Positions 48,676 to 58,186 of a DNA stretch of 64,000 bases are shown one piece after another. Origin of the DNA: Candidatus Bathyarchaeia archaeon (GTDB lineage: Archaea; Thermoproteota; Bathyarchaeia; Bathyarchaeales; Bathycorpusculaceae). The position numbers and the translations under genes were made by a program. A model generated the notes under the pieces. It was given only the letters and a program-made list of their open reading frames with translations. It was not told the DNA's origin and did not search any database. How positions within the stretch are numbered: position 1 is the stretch's first letter; each line of letters begins with the position of its first letter. The stretch is taken from positions 26,233 through 90,232 of the forward strand of contig JBEKOM010000007.1 of the NCBI GenBank assembly GCA_049521795.1, given 5' to 3'.

Positions 48676-50027
48676 TTGTGTGCACCACTTGATTCTGGGG
48701 AAAAGCCGTTCGATTGATGATTCTGCAAAGGCTTTAACCAGAAGAGCAGATCTCTGTCAGTGGCCGGCTTCTTTTCGGTAGTTGAAGTAAGCTGCGCCAA
48801 TGCTTCATTGGTCAGGATTTTCTCAGGGTTCAGACCCCATGCTTGGACTATCTCTTTCAAAGCATCGATCTTGTTCATCTTGACTTTCGCTCGTATGCTT
48901 ATTCTGGAATTCAAGTAGACGCCGCGCAGGTATTCGACGCCTTTCATTCCAATATCATGGTAGCGATCTTTCGCGCGGCGACCCATCATGTAATCGATGC
49001 AATCGCGATCAACGTCAAGTGAGGCCATTTGGGTCCGGAAAAACTTCCTAAAGCTGTGAGTTCTCAATTCATATCTTCTCCGCAAAGAGTTATTTTCCAA
49101 TAAGCCAGCTTTGACATAGAGGTCGTGAATGACACTTTGGACGCTCCCAACAGTTACCGTCTTAACTTGTTTGCAAAGTTTGGCCCTGATCAAAGGTGAT
49201 TCGTCGTGTAGTTCTTCTCGTGGGATCTTTTGTGTGCCTCTTATTCTAGCCTCAATATAAGACCTGAGACAATCTGATGCCTCATCATTCAGAAAAGTGT
49301 CATAACTACGACGTTTGTTCTTTGTTAGTTCCGCCTCGACATGCACATGAATTGGGACGATGTCTCGTTCGATGTCGTGTTTTACATGTTGATATTGCAG
49401 TTTCAGGAGTGTACCCACACGCAGACCGCTGACAGCGAGTATTGTGATTATGACTCTATCACGAAGGTCTGCTAAGTCTAGGATTTTTTGGATTTCTTCC
49501 CGCGAGGGAGCTCGACCTTCGTATACATTCCAAGTGCTCAGGCCGTAGGCCATTCTAAGTCCTACGCAATTGACATTAAACAGGGCTATCACGCCTTTCA
49601 GGTAGCTCCTTATAGAGTTAGGTGAAAAGTTGTTTGCTTGCAAGAAATCTACGTACTCATCAAGAGCACGCGTCATTCTGGCAATTCCCTTTGGGTTTGT
49701 ATCTCCATTTCTTTTCTGGCATTTATTTAGAAGTTGATCAGGCTGGGCGCCAATCCATTTGCTGAAATGATAGACGCTTTCGGCGTATCCGTAAAGACTG
49801 TTCTGACTCCCAGTTCTGCTGAATAGTAGATATCTGGCAAGATTCCTTGTTGAGAAGTTTTCGAGAGTAAATGGTATTAGGCAGGATCTTTGGTTCAACG
49901 ACTCTAAGACATAGTCTAGAAGTTTCTTTTCTGCCGCATTTTGTTGCTCCGGGACTTTTATCGTCAGCGGTTTCTTCAGTATCTTGCCTCGAATGCTCTT
50001 TTCTATGACTAGAGTTTTGTATTTCAT
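48672..50027 (-). CDS. tyrosine recombinase/integrase (paralog)
   Basis: GLR, TKN, HSFRK and MMGR.....YH; start at MKYKTL after a GAGGT SD. Confidence 0.92.
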   Translation of the reverse strand: MKYKTLVIEKSIRGKILKKPLTIKVPEQQNAAEKKLLDYVLESLNQRSCLIPFTLENFSTRNLARYLLFSRTGSQNSLYGYAESVYHFSKWIGAQPDQLLNKCQKRNGDTNPKGIARMTRALDEYVDFLQANNFSPNSIRSYLKGVIALFNVNCVGLRMAYGLSTWNVYEGRAPSREEIQKILDLADLRDRVIITILAVSGLRVGTLLKLQYQHVKHDIERDIVPIHVHVEAELTKNKRRSYDTFLNDEASDCLRSYIEARIRGTQKIPREELHDESPLIRAKLCKQVKTVTVGSVQSVIHDLYVKAGLLENNSLRRRYELRTHSFRKFFRTQMASLDVDRDCIDYMMGRRAKDRYHDIGMKGVEYLRGVYLNSRISIRAKVKMNKIDALKEIVQAWGLNPEKILTNEALAQLTSTTEKKPATDRDLLFWLKPLQNHQSNGFSPESSGAHK

Positions 50028-50186
50028 CTTATCAAACCTCCTTTTCTCTAGGTTTTTGATCTTAAAACTTAAAAGGCAATCTTCTTTTGTCCAAATTCCC
50101 CCGTTCGTTTGAACGGTCGGTTGGCCTATGTGATCGTATAGGAGTAACATCACAGTCGAATCAAAGCAGCCACAGAACAGAGGAAC

Positions 50187-51650
50187 CTAACTGAACTCGA
50201 GCCTTTCTCTTTGCCAGAAAAGATAGACCTTCGTCTGCATCAGAAAACCGCAGATCTTGATCAGGCTTGCAAGTTTCTGGAGGCTCGCGTTTGCTATTTC
50301 CTTCTGATAAGCATCCTTGGTGCCAAAGGGAAGATCATTCGAAAAACTTTTCAGAAAACGTGGATGCCTCTGCTTGGCCAAGGCTTCTCTTATTTTCACT
50401 ATGCCTTCCTCATTGAGTGCTTGAAGCATTTTCGACACATAGTTTGTGCTGCCGAGCAGTTGACTGTTGAACCCGAGGCACTCGAGAAAATCCATGATCT
50501 TCTCAGCTTCTCTTGGCGGGTGCTGTTCCGCTATTCTCTTCATTCCAGTCTTTTCCGCAAACGGGTTGTACTTTGCCATGACAGCTGACATTTCAACGTA
50601 GTCTGTTCCAGCAAGGGCTAACGTCTCGCTTACAAGCTTAACGCCTAAGCCTACCGTTCTAAACTTGGGGTGAACAACGACCCTACTGATGACGCTGAGC
50701 TTCTCATTCAGCTCCCGCATGCTCATTCTCGGAAGTACAAGCCTTCGCCCAAAGCTTGCAGACGGCGGATAACAGTACACGATCACCCCGCAGAGCTCAT
50801 CGCCACGCTTCAAGCAGAAAATCTTGCGCGGCGCGCTTATTCTGTGACTTCTGTAATGAAAACTTGCCAAGGCCCGCCAATCTTCAGTGGAACCCTCTTC
50901 AACACGCATCTCCTTGACTAAACTGCACTCTTTGGCAGGCTCATTCGGGAAATATTTTATGGTGATCTCTTTGCCAAACCTTTTGTGAACGTGAACGCTG
51001 GGATGCAAGTCTTCAAACAGGTCCATGTGTGTTGTCGCTGCTAAAACTGCTTTGCCCTGTTGGCGTGCAAGCTTCTGAAGGTTGAAAGCAACGATCTTTG
51101 CAGTGTCACGATCTAATGTAGCTGCAAACTCGTCGAGGATCCACCACTGCTTGTCGCTTTCAACAAGCTTGGCCAGACGATACCTGTACTTCTGCCCGTC
51201 GCTGAGCTGGTCGTAGGATCGAAGAAAAAGGAAAGCGTCGCCCAGGCCCACCTTAGCCAGCAGCTCCAGACCCTCTTCAACCGTCTTGCCAACTGTCTCG
51301 ATCAGCGGTTTATCCAGAGGAACCTGGATATCTGCGACGTCGACTGCAATGTGTCCGAGGTCCTTCTTGATGGCGCGTAACAGGACGCTTTTTCCGCTGC
51401 CAGAGTCGCCGGTTATGTACACGATGTCTGCGGGGTTTATTTTCAACTCGGCATCCAAGACGGTGAACATGTGCTCCTCGTCAACGCCGAGTCCAAACGC
51501 CTCAGCGACAGCCGAGGTTCTAGGCGTCAAGGCTACCGCTGTGCTGTACGAAATGTTGAAGGAAAACATGTTCCGGGCCCGGTCGTAGGTCCTGCGGACC
51601 TTTCTGATGTGGAAGAACTCGTGTCTTCGCATGGTATTCACTAGCTCCAA
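50187..51650 (-). CDS. ABC-type ATPase fused to a GNAT-like acetyltransferase domain
   Basis: GDSGSGKS, LSDGQ, ILDE and TTH; then FHY and ISRVVVHPKFRTVGLG (acetyl-CoA motif A). Confidence 0.88.
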   Translation of the reverse strand: MELVNTMRRHEFFHIRKVRRTYDRARNMFSFNISYSTAVALTPRTSAVAEAFGLGVDEEHMFTVLDAELKINPADIVYITGDSGSGKSVLLRAIKKDLGHIAVDVADIQVPLDKPLIETVGKTVEEGLELLAKVGLGDAFLFLRSYDQLSDGQKYRYRLAKLVESDKQWWILDEFAATLDRDTAKIVAFNLQKLARQQGKAVLAATTHMDLFEDLHPSVHVHKRFGKEITIKYFPNEPAKECSLVKEMRVEEGSTEDWRALASFHYRSHRISAPRKIFCLKRGDELCGVIVYCYPPSASFGRRLVLPRMSMRELNEKLSVISRVVVHPKFRTVGLGVKLVSETLALAGTDYVEMSAVMAKYNPFAEKTGMKRIAEQHPPREAEKIMDFLECLGFNSQLLGSTNYVSKMLQALNEEGIVKIREALAKQRHPRFLKSFSNDLPFGTKDAYQKEIANASLQKLASLIKICGFLMQTKVYLFWQRERLEFS

Positions 51651-51678
51651 AGTTAAATGTTGAAGGAGAGATTGGACG

Positions 51679-51930
51679 CTAAGCTCTTTGTCCGATTAGA
51701 ACGCCTGTTACTGTACCGATTAGGCCGGTGATTGATGCGAAAACCTCACTGTTCCAGGTATGTAGAACAACGATTTGTGTAACCTCAACGCCTGACAAGA
51801 AGCCCGTCATGCCCAGCGCAAACTTGACAGTGTAAACAAGCTTCTCATTTGGCTCCTCGACAACGGCAAAATATCTGGGCCCCCTCTTACAACGCTTACG
51901 TGTGAGAGCCCTTTTCACCCAGTCAGGCAT
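51679..51930 (-). CDS. small viral membrane protein (holin-like candidate)
   Basis: 83 aa, two TM segments, located after the tail genes. Confidence 0.55.
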   Translation of the reverse strand: MPDWVKRALTRKRCKRGPRYFAVVEEPNEKLVYTVKFALGMTGFLSGVEVTQIVVLHTWNSEVFASITGLIGTVTGVLIGQRA

Positions 51931-52312
51931 GATGATTCACCACCCTTTGCTGTTGCTTCTTCTGGCCTAGAGGTCCACGTCCACCCGTTAGGAAGCTGTT
52001 GAGCATCTCCTCCGCCTCTTTTAGCCGCACATGATTCTTCACGAGAACCGTTACGCGTTCACTCCACTGGAGCGGTATTGCCGTATAGTCGAGGTCGTAC
52101 AATCCGTCTGCGTATCGATAATTGTTCTGGGCGAGAATGATGTGCTTCGCTTTTGCACCCAAGACAGCCAAGTATATGCCCCAGCTTTCGACGGGGACGT
52201 CAATGTTGCTGCCTGAACTGAGACTTTTGCCGGTGCTCGCGTCACACCATTCGACGAGGACCAAGTCGCCCAGGTTCAGCTGTTTGATTCCATCAACTAT
52301 TCTCTTTTTCAT
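51923..52312 (-). CDS. viral hypothetical protein
   Basis: Real start MKKRIV overlaps the upstream TGA (ATGA); LVLVEWCDAS motif. Confidence 0.7.
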   Translation of the reverse strand: MKKRIVDGIKQLNLGDLVLVEWCDASTGKSLSSGSNIDVPVESWGIYLAVLGAKAKHIILAQNNYRYADGLYDLDYTAIPLQWSERVTVLVKNHVRLKEAEEMLNSFLTGGRGPLGQKKQQQRVVNHHA

Positions 52313-53754
52313 AAAGCTAACACCATATTGTTTTCTGGATCTCTTGGAGAGAGATTTACAACGGGACCTCCAGAGTCTAGCAGTAGGGCTTGGGCCTTTG
52401 CGAGCTTGATCTCCCAGCTCGTCTTTGCTGAAAGCACGAAGGTTTTCGCGTACGTCTGGTATCCCGCCTTGATTATGGTCAGTGCATGCGGAGCGTAATC
52501 TGTAACAGTGCCCCCGTTGCTTCCGCCGTAGGTTGTACGAGTTATCGTTTGGGTGTCTATCGTTCCGTCTGCCTTGGTTGTGACCGAAAAGACTAGCGTT
52601 CCGTTCGTATCTTTGACTGTGACGGTTGCGCCTGGAATTGGATTGCCTGCCTTGTCGGCTACGAGCAGGTCGAAGGTGTACTGTCGATAAACAGTTCCGG
52701 TGGAATGGTCGCCTGCACAAGCATAACTATCGCTGTCCCAGTTTACTAAGTAAGCAGTTCCATTGAAATATGAAAGATATAGCGTGTTCGTACAGTACCT
52801 TGAGTAGATATTCGAGATCGTTCCCGTTGCGGCGTAAGGCCAAATTCCATAAGTGCAGCCGATCAGAAACACTCTATTAACCGTAATACCTGGCCACGTG
52901 CGGATTCCACGAAGAGCATTTGTCGCTACGAGTGTATCTATGTCTCCTCCGCTGTTTACTAGATTCAGGTCAGTGTTGCTGTCGAGAAGGCAGTTCCATA
53001 TTCTCGTTGCACGTATGAATATTGTTCCTCCTGCTGACCAGAACTCGCAACTGTAATAGTATTGAAGGGCGCTACCTGGGTCACCGATGCCGAAGTATCC
53101 ATAATGTGCCGCGTCTAATACTGCAAAGTTAATTCCATTATGTGTTGTCTTTTTGGCGACGTCAGCACACTGTCCAAAGGTGGTCGTAGCATTGTCCAAT
53201 GTGACAAGCCAGCTCTGACCGTTTGCGCTTATAGCCGTCGCTGAGAAAGTTATCTGCTTACCGTAGTCAGTGAAGTATGTTGCTGTACTGTTATTACCGA
53301 TCACGATTCCACAGTTAAACAAGAAGGAGTTTGTGCTTTGCTTCCAGATGATTCCCCATTGTGGCTGAGTCACGCTTATGCTGTATGTTCCTGTGCAATT
53401 GATTCCAGCAGCGTTGACTGAGGCATAATACAGCGTTGTCGCATAGCTGCCGTTCGCATTTACTGTGATGTTCTCAGTGTTTGCGTTTCCCCATGCGTCA
53501 AACCCGTTAATCGTGATAACCCCAGCAACAGAGAAGGCCGAAACGACAAAGGTTAGTTTCAATGCGAGTTTATCTGTGGGCTTTACTGGTGTTGTTAAAG
53601 ACATTCCAGCGCTGCCCGGTGTTGTCGCTAGGAGCGTGCGTGTTCCAGCTTTGTCTGCGTTCCAGAAATCAATGAAGCCAACAGGAGAGCCAGAAGTGCC
53701 TCCAGTAACTGTTATGATGTTGTTTGTAGCATCATAAGTGAAAGTGCCAACCAT
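52309..53754 (-). CDS. tail fibre/receptor-binding protein candidate (beta-helix-like plus carboxypeptidase-regulatory-like domain)
   Basis: G/T/N-rich beta protein; GNPIPGATVTV...KAGY; located after the tape measure gene. Confidence 0.65.
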   Translation of the reverse strand: MVGTFTYDATNNIITVTGGTSGSPVGFIDFWNADKAGTRTLLATTPGSAGMSLTTPVKPTDKLALKLTFVVSAFSVAGVITINGFDAWGNANTENITVNANGSYATTLYYASVNAAGINCTGTYSISVTQPQWGIIWKQSTNSFLFNCGIVIGNNSTATYFTDYGKQITFSATAISANGQSWLVTLDNATTTFGQCADVAKKTTHNGINFAVLDAAHYGYFGIGDPGSALQYYYSCEFWSAGGTIFIRATRIWNCLLDSNTDLNLVNSGGDIDTLVATNALRGIRTWPGITVNRVFLIGCTYGIWPYAATGTISNIYSRYCTNTLYLSYFNGTAYLVNWDSDSYACAGDHSTGTVYRQYTFDLLVADKAGNPIPGATVTVKDTNGTLVFSVTTKADGTIDTQTITRTTYGGSNGGTVTDYAPHALTIIKAGYQTYAKTFVLSAKTSWEIKLAKAQALLLDSGGPVVNLSPRDPENNMVLAL

Positions 53755-53758
53755 GTTA

Positions 53759-53980
53759 TCAGCTTCTCGTTATGCTGACTATGCTTCCGGCGCTGTAACC
53801 AAAGGTTAGCGTGAACAGAAGATTATTGTTCACGTCAGAAAATTGAATGGTATTAATGCTTCCGTCTGAGTTATAGCTGAACACGATCCTGTTCACTTTT
53901 GCCTGAGGCCAGCCCGGAGGAGAGCTGGTTATGGTGCTCAGAATCGCATTTTGTGTTGCTTCGCCACCCCATGTGCTCAT
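53759..53980 (-). CDS. small virion protein
   Basis: 73 aa, in operon. Confidence 0.6.
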   Translation of the reverse strand: MSTWGGEATQNAILSTITSSPPGWPQAKVNRIVFSYNSDGSINTIQFSDVNNNLLFTLTFGYSAGSIVSITRS

Positions 53981-53989
53981 CCTTCACAC

Positions 53990-54358
53990 CTATATCGTTT
54001 CATGAACTCGGACCGAGAAATGTCTGATGTTCTGCGTGCCCAACGGGTCAAGGCATACGTCTATGCCGTCAATCTTCACTGTCGCAGAAACATAGTACAA
54101 GTTTCCGAGGTCGATAACGAGCGATAAAGCTGACCCCGCTGAAGCGCTATTCCGTAACGAGTCCTCAGGACACCCGGGATAATTTACGCCTTGCTCAAAA
54201 CACTTGAGAACCCAGTTACGAACTAGGCCTGCGACGTACATTCTCAGTCCAGCAGTCCCAGCGCTCCAGCCCTGCCATTGCGTGCCTGGAATAAGCGAGA
54301 AGCCTTCAGTGATCTGGGTACAAGTGAGCGTCTTACCGCCGAGAGTTACGCCAGTCAT
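53990..54358 (-). CDS. tail tip/distal tail-like protein
   Basis: Beta-rich, in operon. Confidence 0.5.
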   Translation of the reverse strand: MTGVTLGGKTLTCTQITEGFSLIPGTQWQGWSAGTAGLRMYVAGLVRNWVLKCFEQGVNYPGCPEDSLRNSASAGSALSLVIDLGNLYYVSATVKIDGIDVCLDPLGTQNIRHFSVRVHETI

Positions 54359-54639
54359 GTTTCCAGCTCCGTGCCAATGTAAGGCGTGAAGTCAAAGTTC
54401 TGCGGAATTCCAGCCTGGTTCTTACGGACCTCATTGACTATCTCGACAAGAGCCTGCTGCGCATCTGTCAAAGTCACATTCCGTCCGAGAAGCGCCGAGA
54501 CTTGAACAAGCCGCTCGACAAGGCTCTGGTAACTTGGCTGAAAAATGTAGAGCGTGCCACTGCCCTTCGGGTTGTCGTACGTGACAGTGAGCATAATCTG
54601 GCCGCTTGCTGTCGCGACCTGAGTGATTTTTATTGTCAT
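54355..54639 (-). CDS. viral hypothetical protein
   Basis: ATGA overlaps on both sides. Confidence 0.6.
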   Translation of the reverse strand: MTIKITQVATASGQIMLTVTYDNPKGSGTLYIFQPSYQSLVERLVQVSALLGRNVTLTDAQQALVEIVNEVRKNQAGIPQNFDFTPYIGTELET

Positions 54640-55646
54640 CTCAGATCCACCGCTATTGCTTCTATGCAGCCGCCGAAGCCATTGACAAAGAGGTTGACTT
54701 GCGAAATGTCTGGCGTATCGATCATGTACGAGTAGTTTATGAGGCCAGTCGCGCTTGTGCTGTTGTAATAGTCTGCGGCTGTTCCGAATGAGATGCCTCT
54801 CTTCTGCCCGACACCGACAAACTTCGTCGGGTCATCAAAGAGCGGATTCAGAATGATGTCAACTGTGGAAAGCTGACTAAAGGTCAGATTTACTGGCGCA
54901 TGATTCACTGGGCTAAGAATCCATGGACACGCGACAACGCTAACATGAACAACTGTGCTCCCGTTCCGCAAACCGAATGTGACTGTGTGACTTGAGCCGA
55001 CAGAGTACGGCAAGAAGCATTTGCCGCTTACGCCGTCGCCGTTGCCAACGTCTGGAGAGTTTCTTTCTGCCCAATTGACCTGTGTACCGTCTATAGAGAC
55101 GCTTACGCCGTTCGTTAAGTTGTCACCGACGTTTTCTAGATTCGTGTGCGCTCCAGACGTGACAGCATAGACCTGAACAGCGTAGACAGCTTGGTTCAAC
55201 GGGCCTAATGGCGTGTTTCTATTCGCGACGGTCAGTGCGATTCCAGAACTGTATGCTGCCAAAGCGCTCCCTTGAGCGTCGTTGAATTGGACGTAACCGA
55301 CGCTCATAGAACTCATATTTGCAGAGTTGCTGACATAATGACCTTCTACGAGAACATCGTAAGTTCCAGCAGGAAGCCAAGCGACTGCTTCATAAGGTGT
55401 ACTACTAAAGCTTCCTGCAGTGCTTAGCGTCCACACGTAGTAACTGCCGACTTTAACCCTGCAGACAGCTCCTCCTGAGCCGTATGCAAGCGAGAATCGA
55501 AAGATCACTAAGCCTGCTTGAGGCAGCGTAATGTTGCCGTAGTCATGGATTGTTCCCATACCAGCTGGGAAGCTGTACTGTGTCGCGACGTTGATAAGCT
55601 GCAGTTCTTGCGCTATGAGCCGTTCCTGTTCGCTTATGGGCGCCAT
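54636..55646 (-). CDS. minor tail/baseplate protein candidate
   Basis: All-beta 336 aa protein directly downstream of the tape measure gene. Confidence 0.6.
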   Translation of the reverse strand: MAPISEQERLIAQELQLINVATQYSFPAGMGTIHDYGNITLPQAGLVIFRFSLAYGSGGAVCRVKVGSYYVWTLSTAGSFSSTPYEAVAWLPAGTYDVLVEGHYVSNSANMSSMSVGYVQFNDAQGSALAAYSSGIALTVANRNTPLGPLNQAVYAVQVYAVTSGAHTNLENVGDNLTNGVSVSIDGTQVNWAERNSPDVGNGDGVSGKCFLPYSVGSSHTVTFGLRNGSTVVHVSVVACPWILSPVNHAPVNLTFSQLSTVDIILNPLFDDPTKFVGVGQKRGISFGTAADYYNSTSATGLINYSYMIDTPDISQVNLFVNGFGGCIEAIAVDLR

Positions 55647-57997
55647 TAGTACGTCACGGCCCCTTGTCTGATTCTTTTCTGAGTTGTACTCGCGAAAGAT
55701 GTTGTCGGCTCGACAACGATGCTCTTCAGCTTGTCTAGCACTTGTCTTGTCGCCAAGTCCACTGTTGCCTTATCAGCGCTCCCGTCAATATGCACAAGCT
55801 CGCCGATGTGAAAGATGTTGGGCGCATTTCCGCTAGGACCAGGCAAAGCTTCAGGAACACCGAACCCGCCTCCTCCGACAATGCCTTCAGCTTGAAGAGT
55901 CTTGAACTGTGCTTGTATCTTGGCGACAGATTTCGCAGTCGTATCCTCCATCTGCGTGAGCATGTCAGTCCAGATGCTTCCGCCAACGATGTTATGCTGG
56001 AGCATTCTCAAAGTAGTGGTTGCGTCATTGGCGATATCATGGAAAGAACCTGTGATCTGCGTCGTTGGTGCGTCTGTTTGAGCAGCAACTTGATCAGCAG
56101 TCTCGCCTGCAAGCTTGATAGCGTCAAGAATAGTTGCCCCGGATGTGTCAAATGTCGCTGCAAGCTTGAACTCTTCCAGCGATTTTATGTACGGCGCGAC
56201 ATCTGCAGCACCGGCCGCGTAGGCTGCCCGCAGCTTTGCTAAGTCAGACTCGATGTTCGAGACAAGCGTATCATGCTTGCTTGTCGCACAATTCACGAAA
56301 GTTTGAATACTGTCTTGAGCTTGGCCGACGAGTCCCCTGCTAATCAAGTCGTTCGTGTCACTGACTACTTGTTCCATGCTGGCGGACGTATCAGTTTCGA
56401 GATTTACGAACTTCCCGGTTGCACAGTTTTGGAAGGTCTGAAGGTCAGCTTGAGCTTTTCCGATAAGCTGCTCTTCAATCGTCTGCGGAACAGCAGCCTG
56501 GGCAGCCTTGAAGGCATCAATAGTTTTCTCAGCGTCAGATAAGCTTAGACCGTACTTGTTCGCGAAGTCTTGAACGATTCCAAGCGCCTTGTTAAAATCT
56601 CCAGCGTTGAAAGCATCGTCAAAAGCCGCTTTGACAGCGCCGAGATTCGTGTCAACAGCAGCCTTCATCTCGTCGTATTCTGTCGTCAAGTTCTCTATAA
56701 ATGTCGCGTCGTCTTGCGCTGCTTTCTGTGCTGCTTCAACAGCAGCTTTCTGGCTTCCAAGAGATGTTGTAGTATCATCAAGTTGCTTCTTCATATCAGC
56801 TTCTTTCGCGTTGAGTTTCTCGATAGCACCTTGAACTTCTTTCGTGTTTCCTCCAACTGATTCAAGAATGATTTTCTGCGCTTCAAGTCCTGCTATATCT
56901 TTGTCAAGTTCGTCCTTGCTCTTCTTGTAAGAATCAGTCAGAGAAGCTATTTGATCGTCAAGAACTTTAACTTCATCACTAGCGTCTGCTGCTTTTGCCT
57001 GATACTCGCCTAATGTTGTCGTATTTCTCCATAAGACCTCATCAACACCCCACACTGATGCATTTGCCGCGTCTAGTTGAGTTTGAAAATCCTTGATGTT
57101 CTGCGATGCTGAAATGAGTTTGTCCCCTTCGTCTTGGACAGCAGCGGTTAATCCGTTAACTGAGTCTGTCGCTTGCTTGTTCCCTCCCGTGAAAAGGCCG
57201 ACGAAGCCGTTCCAAGCATTACCTATGTCATTCGCAACCGTGATGATGAAGTTCCCAGCTGCACGAAACGCGTTGACCACCGCATCCCAAGCGCCAGGAA
57301 TAAGAGCAAGAGCAGCGACGAGAGCGCCGATAGCAGTTATGACAAGAAAGATTGGGTTAACATCCATTACGGTATTCAGTGCTGCCTGTATACCTTCCCA
57401 AATCTCTGTCGATTTTGAAACAATCGTGATCATGGAGACGAGGCTGGGAATAACAGTCAGCGCAGCCATCGTCATGCTCATGCTGAGGTTTCTCTGAGAC
57501 ATATCTGCCCTTTCAACAGCGACGTTATATGCATCCTGGGCGATGCTGAGTTTGTCAGCAGCAGCTTGAGCTTGGGAGCTATCAGCACCGTACTTTTCAA
57601 CAGCGACATTGTATGAGTCTTGAGCCTTCTGCAAGGTTGCTAAGCCACGCTCTACCATTAAGTTCGCGCGGTCCACTGCGACTTGGCGATTCTCAACATT
57701 CATGAAGCTCATAGCTAGGGCAGCGCCGCCGAGCGCCAAGTTGTTCATACTCATTACAGTGTCGCTTGTGCTCATCTGAAGGTCTGCTTGACTATTCTGA
57801 AGCTGCTGCCCAGCATCGCTGACCTGACTATAGTCATAGACGATCTGGTTAGTCGCGTTATCAGTAGTCGTTACAAGGCCTTGTGTGTTCCCTTCAACAT
57901 CAGTAAAGGTCGTGGAAAGGTTAGAGCCAATGCTCTGAATAACGTCTGAAGCCTCATCGTAGGCTATCAGATGAATCTCAACATCTTCGCTGCTCAT
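55646..57997 (-). CDS. tape measure protein
   Basis: 783 aa Ala-rich helical protein; I.A.DEAS start, NP..LVI.AI.ALVA motif and HNIVGGSIW; follows the tail chaperone. Confidence 0.88.
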   Translation of the reverse strand: MSSEDVEIHLIAYDEASDVIQSIGSNLSTTFTDVEGNTQGLVTTTDNATNQIVYDYSQVSDAGQQLQNSQADLQMSTSDTVMSMNNLALGGAALAMSFMNVENRQVAVDRANLMVERGLATLQKAQDSYNVAVEKYGADSSQAQAAADKLSIAQDAYNVAVERADMSQRNLSMSMTMAALTVIPSLVSMITIVSKSTEIWEGIQAALNTVMDVNPIFLVITAIGALVAALALIPGAWDAVVNAFRAAGNFIITVANDIGNAWNGFVGLFTGGNKQATDSVNGLTAAVQDEGDKLISASQNIKDFQTQLDAANASVWGVDEVLWRNTTTLGEYQAKAADASDEVKVLDDQIASLTDSYKKSKDELDKDIAGLEAQKIILESVGGNTKEVQGAIEKLNAKEADMKKQLDDTTTSLGSQKAAVEAAQKAAQDDATFIENLTTEYDEMKAAVDTNLGAVKAAFDDAFNAGDFNKALGIVQDFANKYGLSLSDAEKTIDAFKAAQAAVPQTIEEQLIGKAQADLQTFQNCATGKFVNLETDTSASMEQVVSDTNDLISRGLVGQAQDSIQTFVNCATSKHDTLVSNIESDLAKLRAAYAAGAADVAPYIKSLEEFKLAATFDTSGATILDAIKLAGETADQVAAQTDAPTTQITGSFHDIANDATTTLRMLQHNIVGGSIWTDMLTQMEDTTAKSVAKIQAQFKTLQAEGIVGGGGFGVPEALPGPSGNAPNIFHIGELVHIDGSADKATVDLATRQVLDKLKSIVVEPTTSFASTTQKRIRQGAVTY

Positions 57998-58003
57998 CTA
58001 GCT

Positions 58004-58186
58004 CTAACCTTTCTGCTGGTTATAGTACCACTTTGCCCATTCTTTCAAAAATTGGATTTGGAAAGGAGTCAGCTCGCCGATCATTTGAAGTGTGTAACCG
58101 TACTCATGCGCGATGAATCCGATGGTCTGCGCTCTTCCGTCGTTTGCGACCCATTCTGCGACGGCTTCTGAGGGCGCTGAAAAAAA
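58004..58186 (-). CDS. -1 frameshift extension (gpGT-like)
   Basis: The -1 frame reads SAPSEAVAEWVANDGRAQTIGFIAHEYGYTLQMIGELTPFQIQFLKEWAKWYYNQQKG* and ends 6 bp before the tape measure ATG. Confidence 0.85.
   Translation of the reverse strand, partial: FFSAPSEAVAEWVANDGRAQTIGFIAHEYGYTLQMIGELTPFQIQFLKEWAKWYYNQQKG

Noticed and set aside
39940-50027. classical integron
   Set aside because: No attC consensus, mixed gene orientation, and no recognisable IntI-specific features in the recombinases.
52313-52720. N-terminal extension of the 265 aa ORF 51923-52720
   Set aside because: Overlaps the 481 aa tail gene in another frame; the ATGA-coupled start at 52312 is more plausible.
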